A DNA stretch of 64,000 bases, taken from Geosiphon pyriformis uo1. Its lineage: Eukaryota > Fungi > Glomeromycota. The stretch covers positions 1-64,000 of the forward strand of contig JAAOMT010000608.1 of assembly GCA_016748015.1 (NCBI GenBank), given 5' to 3'. This document shows positions 26,562-38,608 of the stretch, piece after piece. Made by a program: the position numbers and the translations under genes. The notes under the pieces were generated by a model. That model had not been told where the DNA came from. It saw nothing but the letters and a program-made list of their open reading frames with translations, and searched no databases. How positions within the stretch are numbered: the first letter of the stretch is position 1; each line of letters begins with the position of its first letter.

Positions 26562-28689
26562 TGTTGGGTAAATGCATTAGAAAGGAAGAAGATGATTAAA
26601 TTTTCTGATCCTGATTAAAATTTTTGTCAGTTGATTTCGTGAATTTTTGGGTTGCAAGATGACCAATCTCAAAAGCTAAATAAAATATGGTTAACATAAT
26701 TTTTGATAATTTTTTTCTCTTATATTTTTCATCTTTAAAATTTTTTAATTTATTCTTAAAACTTTTGGTTTCAAATTATACAACCTTTTTGAGAAATTTT
26801 GTTGCTTTTTTTTTGTTTTAATATGGTTTTTTTTGCATTTTTTTGCATTTTTTTGTTGACATTATTAAGTTAAAGTTACTGTTTTTTAATTTTCAAATTG
26901 TTGTTTGCTTTTAACATTTTAAATATTAGAAATGGATTAATTTTTTTATTTTTTAGTTTCAAAACAAATAACCAAAATATTAATAATAATTTAAATAACA
27001 AAAATATTCCAAATTATAAATATAATAATATATTGCTATAAACTCTTGATATTACCATTTCAGGCATTATCACTTCGGCTGCTTCCGGAAGAATAGATCC
27101 CGTAGAATATCCAGTATACAATCTACGTCTATTGATGAAAACATAATAATTAGAGGGCCACCACTCTGGGACGCGATCTTAGGCATGATTGAACAAGTTT
27201 TTTTTGTACGGTCACGTTGTCAAGGTCTTTTGTGTATTTTAAAAAGCTTTCAGTAAATCAATAAGCGTTTCAAGTAACCAATGAAGGCATAAAATTTGAG
27301 TATATTCATAAACACATTGATATATTGCTAATAAAAACTCAACCAATAAAATATTTAAAATTATTGCTCTAAAACAACTCTTCAGACAACTGTTAGATTT
27401 TTGTCACGTTATATCCAGTATTATATATGGTTCTAGTTCAATTCAAGAAAAAATTCTCCATTTTATTATTTAAAGTTTAACAGGTTTCAATTGAAATCTT
27501 GGATTTATATATAAAGATTATTTTGTGTAATGAGAGATACAAAAAGAATTTTTTCATCATGTGATGGAAATAAATATTTGATAATAAGCAAAGTATCAAA
27601 TGATTTATGAGTCAATCTGTTATGTTATGAATAGGTGAATGATTTTTACTCCATCAAGCAGCCAACTATTTGGATTTTTTTTATTACATACTAGTTTGAT
27701 TTTCTTTTCTTTTCTCCTGCCATTGTATATAAAAATGTGAATCCTATTAAATGTTTTTTAACAATTATAACACTATTTTCTTATAATAATAATAATAATT
27801 ATTATTATTATTTAAAGTTTTAATTGAAATTTTTTGTATAAAAATAATTTTTTAATTATAATTATATTATTTTTATTATAAGAAAATGGTACAATAAAAA
27901 ACAAAGAAAATTATTTGACAATTTAAAAACCTGAGAAGAAATTTTTTTGTCTTGTTCTTTTTCTAATAGAAAAGGGAAATTTTCACCATGGGTATAAGTT
28001 CTGGAATGATAGTTGTTAATACTTTCTAATTAATATCCATCTAAATCTAAATTTATAATATGAAAAAATCAACTCCCTTCACTGAGTAAGCGCAAAAGAA
28101 AGGCCAGAAGGTCAAAGATGATCTACAATTAGGAAAAGTTTTTCCATCTTAGGAAGTCTTTTTTTTACTCTGGGAAGCTTCTCGAAAACATGTCCTTTGC
28201 CGATTAATTAAAAAGATTCAGAGAAAAAGCAGAAATTGTTACTTGTAATACCCATGATCACAATTCGAATATTGGAAAACCAAATAAAACAATTAAAAAA
28301 AAATGAGAAAGAAATATTCATGAAATCAATCCAATACTATTTGCTATTAGGTTGATTACTTTCGATTATCCTTGATAGATGGTATTAAGAAATTAAAGCA
28401 CAAAAAGAGTTGTGGCAAATAATTTGAGCCCTTGCAATTCTTTGTGGGATTATCTGTTGAATTTAAGCAGAGAAAAGGCTAGATCATCGTCTCACCTTCA
28501 AAAAATTATGGATTATATAAAATTTTTGCTTTTTAAATTCTGTGGACACATTTGTTATACTTGAACTTTATTATCCAGTCAAATTAATGTAAATTGCATT
28601 TGTGATTTATTATGATTAATAGTCATGAGAGCTATGGTCTAAACAAGGAACTTATAGAAAGATTTCCCCAATGTGTCCATTTCAATATC

Positions 28690-30042
28690 TCATTTACAAG
28701 TTGCCATTGAAATAGTCAAATATGGGCCAAAGTGATCTTCAGGCTTTAATATCGGATCCTTATTGACACAGAGCTTGAGGAAAAAATTATAAGGAATCTT
28801 AAATATTTAATTTTTAATATATATAAAAAAAAAGTTAAATTTCACATACCTTGCTTTCATATTCGCCTTTATTTATTTCACAACCAATGAAATCTACTCC
28901 TGGAGCACTACTCCAGAATTCAACGCCGCTATGTATATATTGCTGATCCCCTGATTTCACAGGCTGACGAGGGACTGGATCATGACGAAAAGTAAACCTT
29001 GCAACTAAGAAAGTGTTGAAAGCATCTGCTAGAGCTTTATTTCCAAAACGGGGTTGGCCAAAAGTTATAACGGTTATTGATTCAGAATTTAGTTTTAGGT
29101 TTAAAAAAAAGCCAGTAAGGTGGGCGTATACTGTTAAATTGATTTTAGAAGAACTGAATAGATGAGAAACGGAAGCTTGAAAGGATGTAATGATTTAATA
29201 AAATGTTTAAGAGCTTACCACCAGCCAACCCGTAACCAGTCAATACAACTTGTTGTATGTTTTTCTCGGCGATCGATTTAATAATTGGAAATATATGGTC
29301 CTTTGCCCATTTCGTGTAAGATACAAAAAAGTTACCATTGATCTTAGCATCGGGAATAGCTTCAAAATCAATCATTTCTGCTCCTGATCCTTGTAAACTT
29401 TTTTCCAAGTTTTTTTCATTTGCCCCGAAAGCCAGAGTATATTGCGAATTTTTCTCTATAGTTTTTACTATTGAGGTTATAGTTTTTTGTGAATAAAAGT
29501 AAAGTTTAAATAATGTCAATCAATAATAATTTCTTTAAATTCGTACCCCAAAGCTCATCAATTTGATTTTGGTTTTTATTTCCTTCACAATATGCCTCTT
29601 TAGAATAGGATAACAGCTGAGGCACATAAAATTCACGTTTTTCTTCATTAGAGGGACTGACTGAGTTAACTGCAAAATCCTTATTGATTGGATTATTTGT
29701 TGTCAAAGCTAGCTCGATTTCAGGTTTATCCGAAAATTGTGAAATGTTGTTCTGATAAGTACTTTCACCATCAAAATCAAAATATTCGTTTGGGTTTGGA
29801 ACATTTAATGAGCTTAATTGTAGTTCTGAAGAGCTTTTAAAAAGTTCATCATCATCATCACCATAATCATTTTTCACGTTATCAAGATTAATTTCTGAAA
29901 AATCTAGCGTTGAACTCGGGGCAAATGAGTTTAAAAAATTATTTCTTTCCAGCTGCAAAGATATTGGGTTTGCATTTACAATATATTTTAAAAAACAGCA
30001 GTTGATTAACTGCCAGAAAAAAAAATTTTTAATTAAAATCAT
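28690..30042 (-). CDS. Secreted lipase class 3-like protein lacking the catalytic Ser (GYGLAG)
   Basis: Exons 30042-29547, 29467-29219, 29130-~28850 and 28773-28690. Signal peptide; motifs VVLTGYGLAG, TFGQPRFGN, RFTFRHDPVP, YIHSGVEFW, DHFGPYL. Confidence 0.85.
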
Positions 30043-31149
30043 TTTTTGAAGCGATTTTTGGTTAGCTTATGAATTTTATACAGAGTTATACTGTAGGTGA
30101 GGAAGGTATTTAACTTTTCAGGCTTTATTTTTATTTTTAAGTTATAAATGTATATTTAGGTGAAAATTTTTGAGACTTTCCAATCGTTTCATAGAATTAT
30201 AATTAATATTTTGTATATGTTTTTAATAAATATTTTTAGCCGTTAAAAGTCAGAGAAATGACTTGATTTTGAAAAGTTACTTCATAGAGATAAGCATTTT
30301 AGGTAATGAGAAAATTTTTAGAGGGGAAAATTAAATTATTATTATATATGCGAGGTGTTATGATTGTATAAAAGTTGCGATTTTTATTGAATATTGATAT
30401 TAACCCCCCTTGCTCAAGTTTAAACCCACGAGATTTCCCTGTTTCCGCGACTTTTCTTTACTGGTCAAGGTAACAGATTTCTTCTTCTATATAGATTTAA
30501 AAAACATTATTTGTGTATGTTCTTTGTTCCTCTCGAAATTTTATTCACATAAAACGGTATTAGATTATTGCTTCTTAAATCCGTTTATCTCTATTAAATT
30601 CTCTTTTTGATAATTAATCTTAAAGGTTTCTCCTGTCAGGTAGTTTGCTCTAAATCTAAAATGATAAAGTAAAATATACATTATTTCTTCTGGAAAACAA
30701 AATATATATGTTTATAATTTTGCTAAACTTGATTCCCAAAAGAGCTTCTGGGGGAAAATTTGCGGTGACCACTACTCTAGATAGAGTTTTTGTGTTATAA
30801 TTTATCAAATTAAAAGGAAATTGATGAGCTTTTGTTATCGCAATCATTCTGAAAGATCGCTTTGATGCAAAATTTTCATCCATAATATGAAATCAATCAA
30901 CTTTTTCAGAAAAGCAAATATTTTAAATAGATAGGCACATCAATATGCCGTTGAAAATTTCCAAAATTATGTTTATAAATCAAGAGAAAACATAAATGAG
31001 AAATCAATAATCCGTTGATATGAGTGAATCTATGATGATGATGGAATAGATTAACTAAAAAGGGAATGTTTTTTAATCTGAAAATATTCCCATGCATTTG
31101 AGGAGTTTGGGAAAATAATTATATTAAAAATTAAGCATAAAGCATGTGA

Positions 31150-32850
31150 AATCAATAAAGAATTACAAATATCCAAAAGTTGAAGAAATTTTGTTAAAAG
31201 TTCAAGCAAAGCAATTAATACTTTATATGTCTTTTAAAAAAAAGTGACTGTTGGAATTTTTAAAACAAATAATAATTTATCATGTAAAATAAAAAAGAAT
31301 TATTATTAAATTGAAGATGTTTTAAATTTATAACTTTTTTGTTTTTGAATTAAAAATCAACTTAATATAATATATGTATTCTATAAAAGAAAAATACTGC
31401 ATACTAAAAATTTATACTCAATTTAAAACTAATACTTTGTTTAATAAATTTTTTATTAAATATATAATTAAGATTTTTACCAAATAAAATAATTTTATTT
31501 TCTTATTAATTTCTTAATATTTTTCAAATTTTTTTACTTTTGCCAAATTATCAAGCTTTAATAAAAAATATTTTTGGATAAAATTTATTTTTATAACTAT
31601 ATAAACATGTAAAAAACATTTAAAATTTTAATTAATTACAACTTTTTCTTAAACAATTATTAAATACAAAAATAGATGATTGAAATTGCAAAATTTGCAT
31701 TTCTTTTCCTTCTAATATTTATAGCAATATTGTGGTTTTTTAAAGATTAAAGCCTGGCTGAACTGGTAAAAAAAATTACTAAGATACTAGAAAATTTGCT
31801 TCAAATGTATTTTTCTTGTTATTAAAAAAGCCTAACAGACTTCAATTGCACTATATTTGTTTTAATTCATTTGATAAAAAAACTAATCTTGTAAATTAGT
31901 GGATTAAAATAATTGGAAAAAAAATAATTAAGAATAAAATTGAAGAAATTTTTTTTCAAATATATAAAATATAACATTATTCAAAAATAATAGAACATAT
32001 TTTTAAAATTTTGCATTTTGGGTGTAAATTTTTATAATCAATATAAAATAAACTTGATTATATTTATGCAATATTTTAAATAATAATGTACATTAAATTT
32101 TTTAATAAAAAAAAATTAAATTATAAAGGTTTTATAATATTAATTGTCAAAACTTTATTCCTTTACGTAAAAAAAACAAAATTTAATTGGTAAACTTTAA
32201 TGAACCTGATATCTTTGAACAGAATTATGAACTTAATCCTTAACAACTATTTTCATTGTAATTCTACAGTTTGAAAAGTTTTTTTAGTTTTTTTCAAATT
32301 TAAAATAAATTTTGAGTCTATTTCGCAAAAAACATAACCAATTCGAACTGAACTTTTTTTTTGTTTTAGGTTTTCAAATTGACTTAAAACAAGGATACTA
32401 CTTTTTGTAATCTGTAGAAAAACTATTTTTCACTCAATATCACAAAAAAGCTGTTCATCTTGTATTTTGAAATGGTTAATACCAATTTTACCATTTTGGA
32501 TTAAAAATAAAATTTAAATATTATGAAATTTAAAATTAAGTTCTGAAATTAAATTTAAAATTAATTAATTATAAAATAAAATTCACAAAAGATAAAGTTT
32601 CATGCTTAAAAAAAATTGCTTAAAGTTTCCAAAAAACAAATATCACCGAAATTTGACGAAATAAACAAATAATAGACTATTGAATTCAATTCTTATATTC
32701 TTTAAAGTCCAAATTTAAGAATTTAAGGATTAGAATAAAAGTAAATTTATAAAATAAGGTTTTGCAAACAATTTTTTTTTTGAAAATTTTTATATTTATT
32801 TATATATTATAAATTATTGTATGATTCATGTTGGAAAAATATTTTAGGTG
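31150..32850. other. Extremely AT-rich island, probable hypermutated repeat relic
   Basis: G/C- and CpG-depleted, no ORFs; family not identified. Confidence 0.45.
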
Positions 32851-33484
32851 AGAAATTAGTCAACTATCGATATTATCGTAAAGGAGGTCAATTAGATTTG
32901 ATGGTTATGGCAAAATGAAGAATTTGTCTTCCAATTTGGATATTTGACTTCAAATTTCACTAAATTAAAAACTGGGTTTCGTTCCAATTGGCTAAATATA
33001 TTTACTTTTGGAGCTGAATCTGAAATATTCATTCCAAGAAATATTTTGACGCATGAATTTGGCTCAAATAAATTCTTAATAAAACTATATTAAATATTTG
33101 CAGAACGAAGAAAAATTTTTTTATTCCCCCACTCAAATAAATTTAAAAAGTCTGAAAATATTTTGATGAATTTATAAGCGAAAAGATTGTATTTATTTCG
33201 AAAAAATAAAATATTCTTTGGATTAAAAAAGGTTTTGGATATTTAATTTCAAATCATACTATTTGCCTATGTGCAAAGTTCGAACCATCAAAAAGAAATA
33301 TCTCAACTGTTAAATTTAAATAATGAATCAGGCATAGTTTAGAATTTTGAATGTTGATTAAAAATATGAAATAGCAGACTGTACAATATATTAAATGAAA
33401 AGATAAAATTGAAAAATTGAGCGGAAGGATTCTCAGATCCGCTCTACCTCCATTGTTCAGTTCACCAAAATTGTTCTATCCAAA

Positions 33485-35026
33485 TTAAATATCCCACCAT
33501 CCAGAATTGTCATTATACGATCGATGAGAATCACTCCCATCCCTTTCGTCGCCCTCCTCTCCCTCGCCCGACTCACGCAGCATATCTTGCAAATCCGCTT
33601 CATCATTTTGAAGGTCTTGCAAAATTTGCTCTATCCTAGCTTGCAGTTGTACCCGCCTATGAGACTCTTTGCGAAGCAGAAACTTCTGTCTTTGAATCTG
33701 TAAATTTTCTTGTGTCAGTTTATCCTCCAATTCAAATAATTGTTCATGTAAAACCCTATTTTTCTGCTCTTCCTCATCAAGTTTTTCTTTGTCTTGGATT
33801 TTCATCTGTTGATGTACCTCAATTATTTGTTTTTGCAGTTCAAACATTTGAAGGAATCGGCCAATATTTCTACTTTCCCGTTCCGAATGTTCAGATGATT
33901 CATCGCTACCACCGTCAAGCTCTAGTTGCAACTCGAGTCGTTCAATGGCTTGATGATATCTTGGTATTTTTGAAGAAAGTGGATGATTTTCCTTGGATGC
34001 ATATTGTGAAGCTTCCGAATCGTCTAAAATTTATTAAGATTAGTGAGTGTTGAGTTTAGTAAAATACATATCAAGTATAACATATAGCTTACCCATAACA
34101 ACTTTTCCTTTGCCCTTATGAGCAAAAGCTGATTGAGAGTTAAGTGTGAGCTCTTTCAACGTGGAATTTGATTGCCACGTATCACTGCTATTAGCAGTCG
34201 AAACTCCTAAAAGGCTGGTTGTCGGGGATAATTCTTTCTTATTTAAGAACGCTGAAAGTTGCTTTGTTGCCACACTGGCAATTTCTTCATCATTCTTGCC
34301 AACAAAGCCAATTTTTCCTCCATCTTGATCTGTAAATGTGACGCCAATCACTGAAATTACATCAAAATTTTTTTCATTCGCCTCCAAATACAAAGATTTA
34401 TATTTCCTTGCTTGGTCTATAACTTTATTCAACTTCTTTCCTGGTCTTATGGTATTTTGAACTACCTTCACCTCGACAACAGCAAATACGCCCGACCCAT
34501 TACTTAAAATAAGATCGTTACGTCCAAATTGGGGCATATTTTCAACGGGATGCCAATCAAATTCATACAGATATTGAAAACCAGGAAGATGAGTTTCGGA
34601 ATACTTCAACAGCCTATCTTGCCATTCAATTTCATTAGCACTCACAGCCTTTTGTTTAATTTTAAAACTTTCCCATCGTTGCCTTTCTTGTAAATCTCTG
34701 GCAACAATTTTCTCGTGGACAGCATAAGTCTCACAGGTCAGTTTCAAAGCAGCATTGATTATTTCCGTTGTCTGATTTGGCAACCAGCTATATATAACAC
34801 CACGTTCAACGATTTTTTTTTTAAGATAGTCTGATAGAAAACATTGGTCGTATGTTTGGGCGAGTTCTTCTTTGAGAAGAAAGGTTTCGAAGTTGGATAA
34901 GTTCTCAAATTGTTTAGGAATATATTGAAATGTGGTTTTATCTTGATCAAGAGCTTCAAATAAGAGTTTTAATTTTTGCGAGATATCTTTATTCCTTGGT
35001 TTTCTTTCCATATTTGAGGTGTCCAT
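33485..35026 (-). CDS. PD-(D/E)xK restriction-endonuclease-fold protein (NucS/RecB-like motifs) with C-terminal coiled coil
   Basis: Exon 35026-34093, intron 34092-34024, exon 34023-33485 in frame. Motifs NEIEWQD, GRNDLIL, FAVVEVK, VIDQARKY; heptad-rich tail and acidic C-terminus. Confidence 0.75.
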
Positions 35027-35882
35027 AATGATGGCGTAATATTTCAATAGAAAAACATTGCATTCCCAGCGCTTCCTTTTATTAAATTCAGATTGGATGA
35101 AATATAGCCATGATTTTCACACAGGAGTGTACAGTTCTGGCGAGACGGTCCTTGAACGCAGTGAACTTGCCTTATAAGGAAATATTAAATAAGACGAACA
35201 CACTAAATCTCGGGTATTCTAACTTTACACCGGGAATAGAAACTTTGACACTGGTTTTTCTAAACTCGGAACGAGGAAACTTGGTAAAACTCCACATTGA
35301 CCCACTCACAAACATGATTTCCGGAGATTGACTCCATTAATTGCCGAGAAGGGCAGTGAAACCATAACCAAAATATCATACAAAAATGTAAAATGGCAAA
35401 ACAAGGAGCCTATAAAAAAATGATGAAGTCTGGAGAATTACATGACTTCCAAATATGGGTGGTGTGCTCATTGTTTCTCGTCCGTTCCTTAAACAGACAA
35501 TAATTAATAAACAATATTATGTCATTTTGTGGTTGGCGCTGATTATTTTGACAACATATGACTAAAATTTCTTGGGAGGCAGTTTTACAAACAGAGTTTC
35601 TATAAAGAATTGGTATCTCATTATGAAACTTTTGATTGTTTATTTAATTTTGAATTCAAACCTGGAACCTAAACACTTTTGTACCATTCAATGTTAGTTT
35701 TCTTTGGAATTTAGGAATAAGATATTTTAAAAATGATGTCAAGGTTAAGATTCTAAACTCTTTCAGGTTGAGAATCTCGATACATCTATTAATATATATT
35801 CGTTGAAATGTTATTCACAAATTTATACATACTTTGGCTTTGAGTTCAAAGTGTTCAATATTAAAAATGGATTCTCTGGGAA

Positions 35883-36899
35883 TCAATCAAACTCGTCAAA
35901 TTCAAATTTAGCTTCTTCAAACTGTTCCCGCTTAAGATCATCCAAAATATTCTGAAGCTGTTGTTTCAACCCTGCCCTATGTAAACATTCTTTTTCAAGC
36001 AACATTCGGTGTTTCTTAATTTGAATATTCTTCTCCAAGAGTAGGTTATTCTTCGCCTGCAACTGGCTCTGTAGATTAAAATTTTCCAGTTTTTGTTCTA
36101 GGAGCTGATCCTTTAAATCAAAATTGAGCTGACTGTGAATCGATTCTATTTTCAATATTGGGGCTGCTTTCGCTACCATTTTTGCTACAAATTTATCCTT
36201 CTTGTTAACAAATCGAACAGTTCCTCTGTCTTCATCAGTAAAAATCATACCAATTACACAAACAACCTCTGAATTACTTTTATGTGTTTGGGTAAATTTG
36301 GTTCTATATCCTTCCATTTTTAGGGTAGCTTTTTTAACCTTTTCTGTGACCTTATACCCATTGGTTTGTTTTACTACCACAATAACAAAGATCCCCATGC
36401 CATCGGTAAAGATCAAATTGTCTCCCAACCCTGTAGAATCCGTAAGCCGATCAAAATTATAAAGGAGTTCTAAACCGGGGAGGTAATCACATGAATTTTT
36501 AATCAATATATCTTGCCAAACTCCTGCTGGACTCTTTTTGATTTTTTTTCGGGGGATCTTTTTCCATTGTAGTCGTTCTTGCGTATCAATTGCAACAATT
36601 TTTGGGTGTTTGATATAAAGAATTTCGCGGGTGAGTTTTATAGCGGCCTTGGTTACAAGGTCAACTTTATATGAGGCCCATTTGTATGTAATGGTGTCAT
36701 TTTCGAGATAATTTGGTTCAATAAATCCTGGCAGAAATTCTTCTTGTGCAAAGTCCTTTTTAAATTCCGGGAAACCATCCAAGGCTATAAATGTATAATT
36801 AAAGAAATTTAGACCTTGCTGCAAAGCTTTGAAAAGTAGATTGAGCTTGTACAAAGTTTCTTCGCGAATGACAATCTTTTGGAGTGTCATTGCGTCCAT
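35883..36899 (-). CDS. Intronless paralog of the adjacent nuclease with degenerate active site, plus coiled coil
   Basis: 338-aa intact ORF collinear with the neighbour (KLNLLFKAL/KLKLLFEAL, KIVAIDTQERLQW/KIVARDLQERQRW, VIGMIFTDEDRG/VIGVTFTDQDGG). Catalytic positions read GDNLIF, VIVVVK, KMEGY. Confidence 0.75.
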   Translation of the reverse strand: MDAMTLQKIVIREETLYKLNLLFKALQQGLNFFNYTFIALDGFPEFKKDFAQEEFLPGFIEPNYLENDTITYKWASYKVDLVTKAAIKLTREILYIKHPKIVAIDTQERLQWKKIPRKKIKKSPAGVWQDILIKNSCDYLPGLELLYNFDRLTDSTGLGDNLIFTDGMGIFVIVVVKQTNGYKVTEKVKKATLKMEGYRTKFTQTHKSNSEVVCVIGMIFTDEDRGTVRFVNKKDKFVAKMVAKAAPILKIESIHSQLNFDLKDQLLEQKLENFNLQSQLQAKNNLLLEKNIQIKKHRMLLEKECLHRAGLKQQLQNILDDLKREQFEEAKFEFDEFD

Positions 36900-37195
36900 T
36901 GTGGGAAAATTGGCAACTATCAGGTACGAAAGATTGAGTCTACTGAAAAGATGAAAACAATTTTAGCCGGTAATAAATAAAGGATGAAAAACCTAGTTTT
37001 TAGCCTTTTTTAAACAAGCAAATCCCTAACAACTTTGATCTCCAAACTGAATGTAGCTACCATTGGCTTTTAGCAATGATATATTTTTGCGAAAAAATCT
37101 TTGGATAGTGATGTAATTACGAATAAATAATGATTAATTGAGAGTTGAAGGTGATAATGATCAAGCCAAAGTAAGAAAGTGGTTGGAGGTAACAG

Positions 37196-37219
37196 ATGAT
37201 GATGATGATGATGATGATG

Positions 37220-37274
<55 letters not shown>

Positions 37275-37314
37275 TAATAATAATAATAATAATAATATAA
37301 TAATAATAATAATA

Positions 37315-37374
<60 letters not shown>
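37196..37374. repeat. Compound microsatellite (GAT)n-(AAT)n
   Basis: Directly visible trinucleotide array. Confidence 0.95.
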
Positions 37375-37377
<3 letters not shown>

Positions 37378-38573
37378 CCCGACTATGTGTATAAGAGAGT
37401 AATTTAAACTTTTAAAAAACAATATTTTCTTTAAAAGATTCAATATTTTTTTTACAACCACATTTATCAAATATTAAAATAATATTTATAAAATCAGATA
37501 ATTAGAAGTAGAATCTTCAAGAACATAATAATTAGGGTATAAAATATTGAATTAAAAAATATTCATTTAAAAAATACCAATAAATTATTTTAGATTATTT
37601 AGTATTGATATAGAAACATATTAAATGTTAAAAAATTTTGTATAAAAACAGTTTTTATATATTGAATTCAATTGAAAAAAATTAGTTAATTTAACAAAAA
37701 AATTGAAGAATAAAAAATAGGCTATTATTATTTTTTAGCCTGAAATAAATTTCAACTATTGTAAAAGTTAAAAAAATTATTGCATTTTTGAAAACATTCT
37801 AAACTATTTGCGATTTTAAGGAAACAACCATAAATAAAAGGTTAACCGTTTTTAATGCCATCATCAATCTTTCGGGTAACTTTGCTCATTTAAAAGAAAA
37901 ATTAAAAAGAAATTCTAATCAAAAAACATCTTTTGATTTTTCCAGCACAATAACTTATAAGATAAAAAAAACACATTTAAATATAGAGTCCTTTAATACA
38001 TTGGAGATAACGCGTTTTGTACCTTTTTCTACCCACAAAACTTAAATGGCCAAGGTATGAGTTTAAAAAACTTGAAAATTTTAACCGAGAATAAATTAAA
38101 AGGGTTATAAATCGTAACGAGTCACATTATAAAATTCTTTGGGTAAATGTGCCTGAAATTACAGGGCAATTGAAAGAGACCTAAAAAATCAATAAAAACT
38201 CAGCTCCTTGTAAACTTCAAATTTCAAATAGAGTTTTTAATTTTCTTTAGTCACTTGTGTTTTGAATATCTTTGGATAATTTTTTTGGATTGTTTCATGT
38301 GACCTATTTATTTTAATTCTATAACTGTACTTTTTTTGGTATTCATTATTATTAATTTCTTCTTTAGAATTACCACACTTTTTGAAAAATGGTTCACAAA
38401 TCAATATCATCTTAAACAGCAATGACCACGCGATGTTTACATTAGAGAAATATTTTAATTAATTTCTGAACTTTTAATAAATTATTCATAAATCTCTTTA
38501 AAAAGTAATATTATCTCACCAAATTTGTTTTCATCAAATGCGGTACACATCAAAATAATTGCTTTGTGATATA

Positions 38574-38608
38574 AAATCAAATCAAATCAAATCAAATCAA
38601 ATCAAATC
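38574..38608. repeat. (AAATC)n pentanucleotide microsatellite
   Basis: Directly visible, about 7 units. Confidence 0.9.

Noticed and set aside
33419-33444. GAGCGGA...TCCGCTC hairpin just 3' of the nuclease gene
   Set aside because: Only a 7-bp stem; expected by chance, and there is no reason for a bacterial-type terminator here.
37117-37470. Poly-Ile/Tyr and poly-Asn/Asp ORFs
   Set aside because: Translations of a trinucleotide microsatellite.
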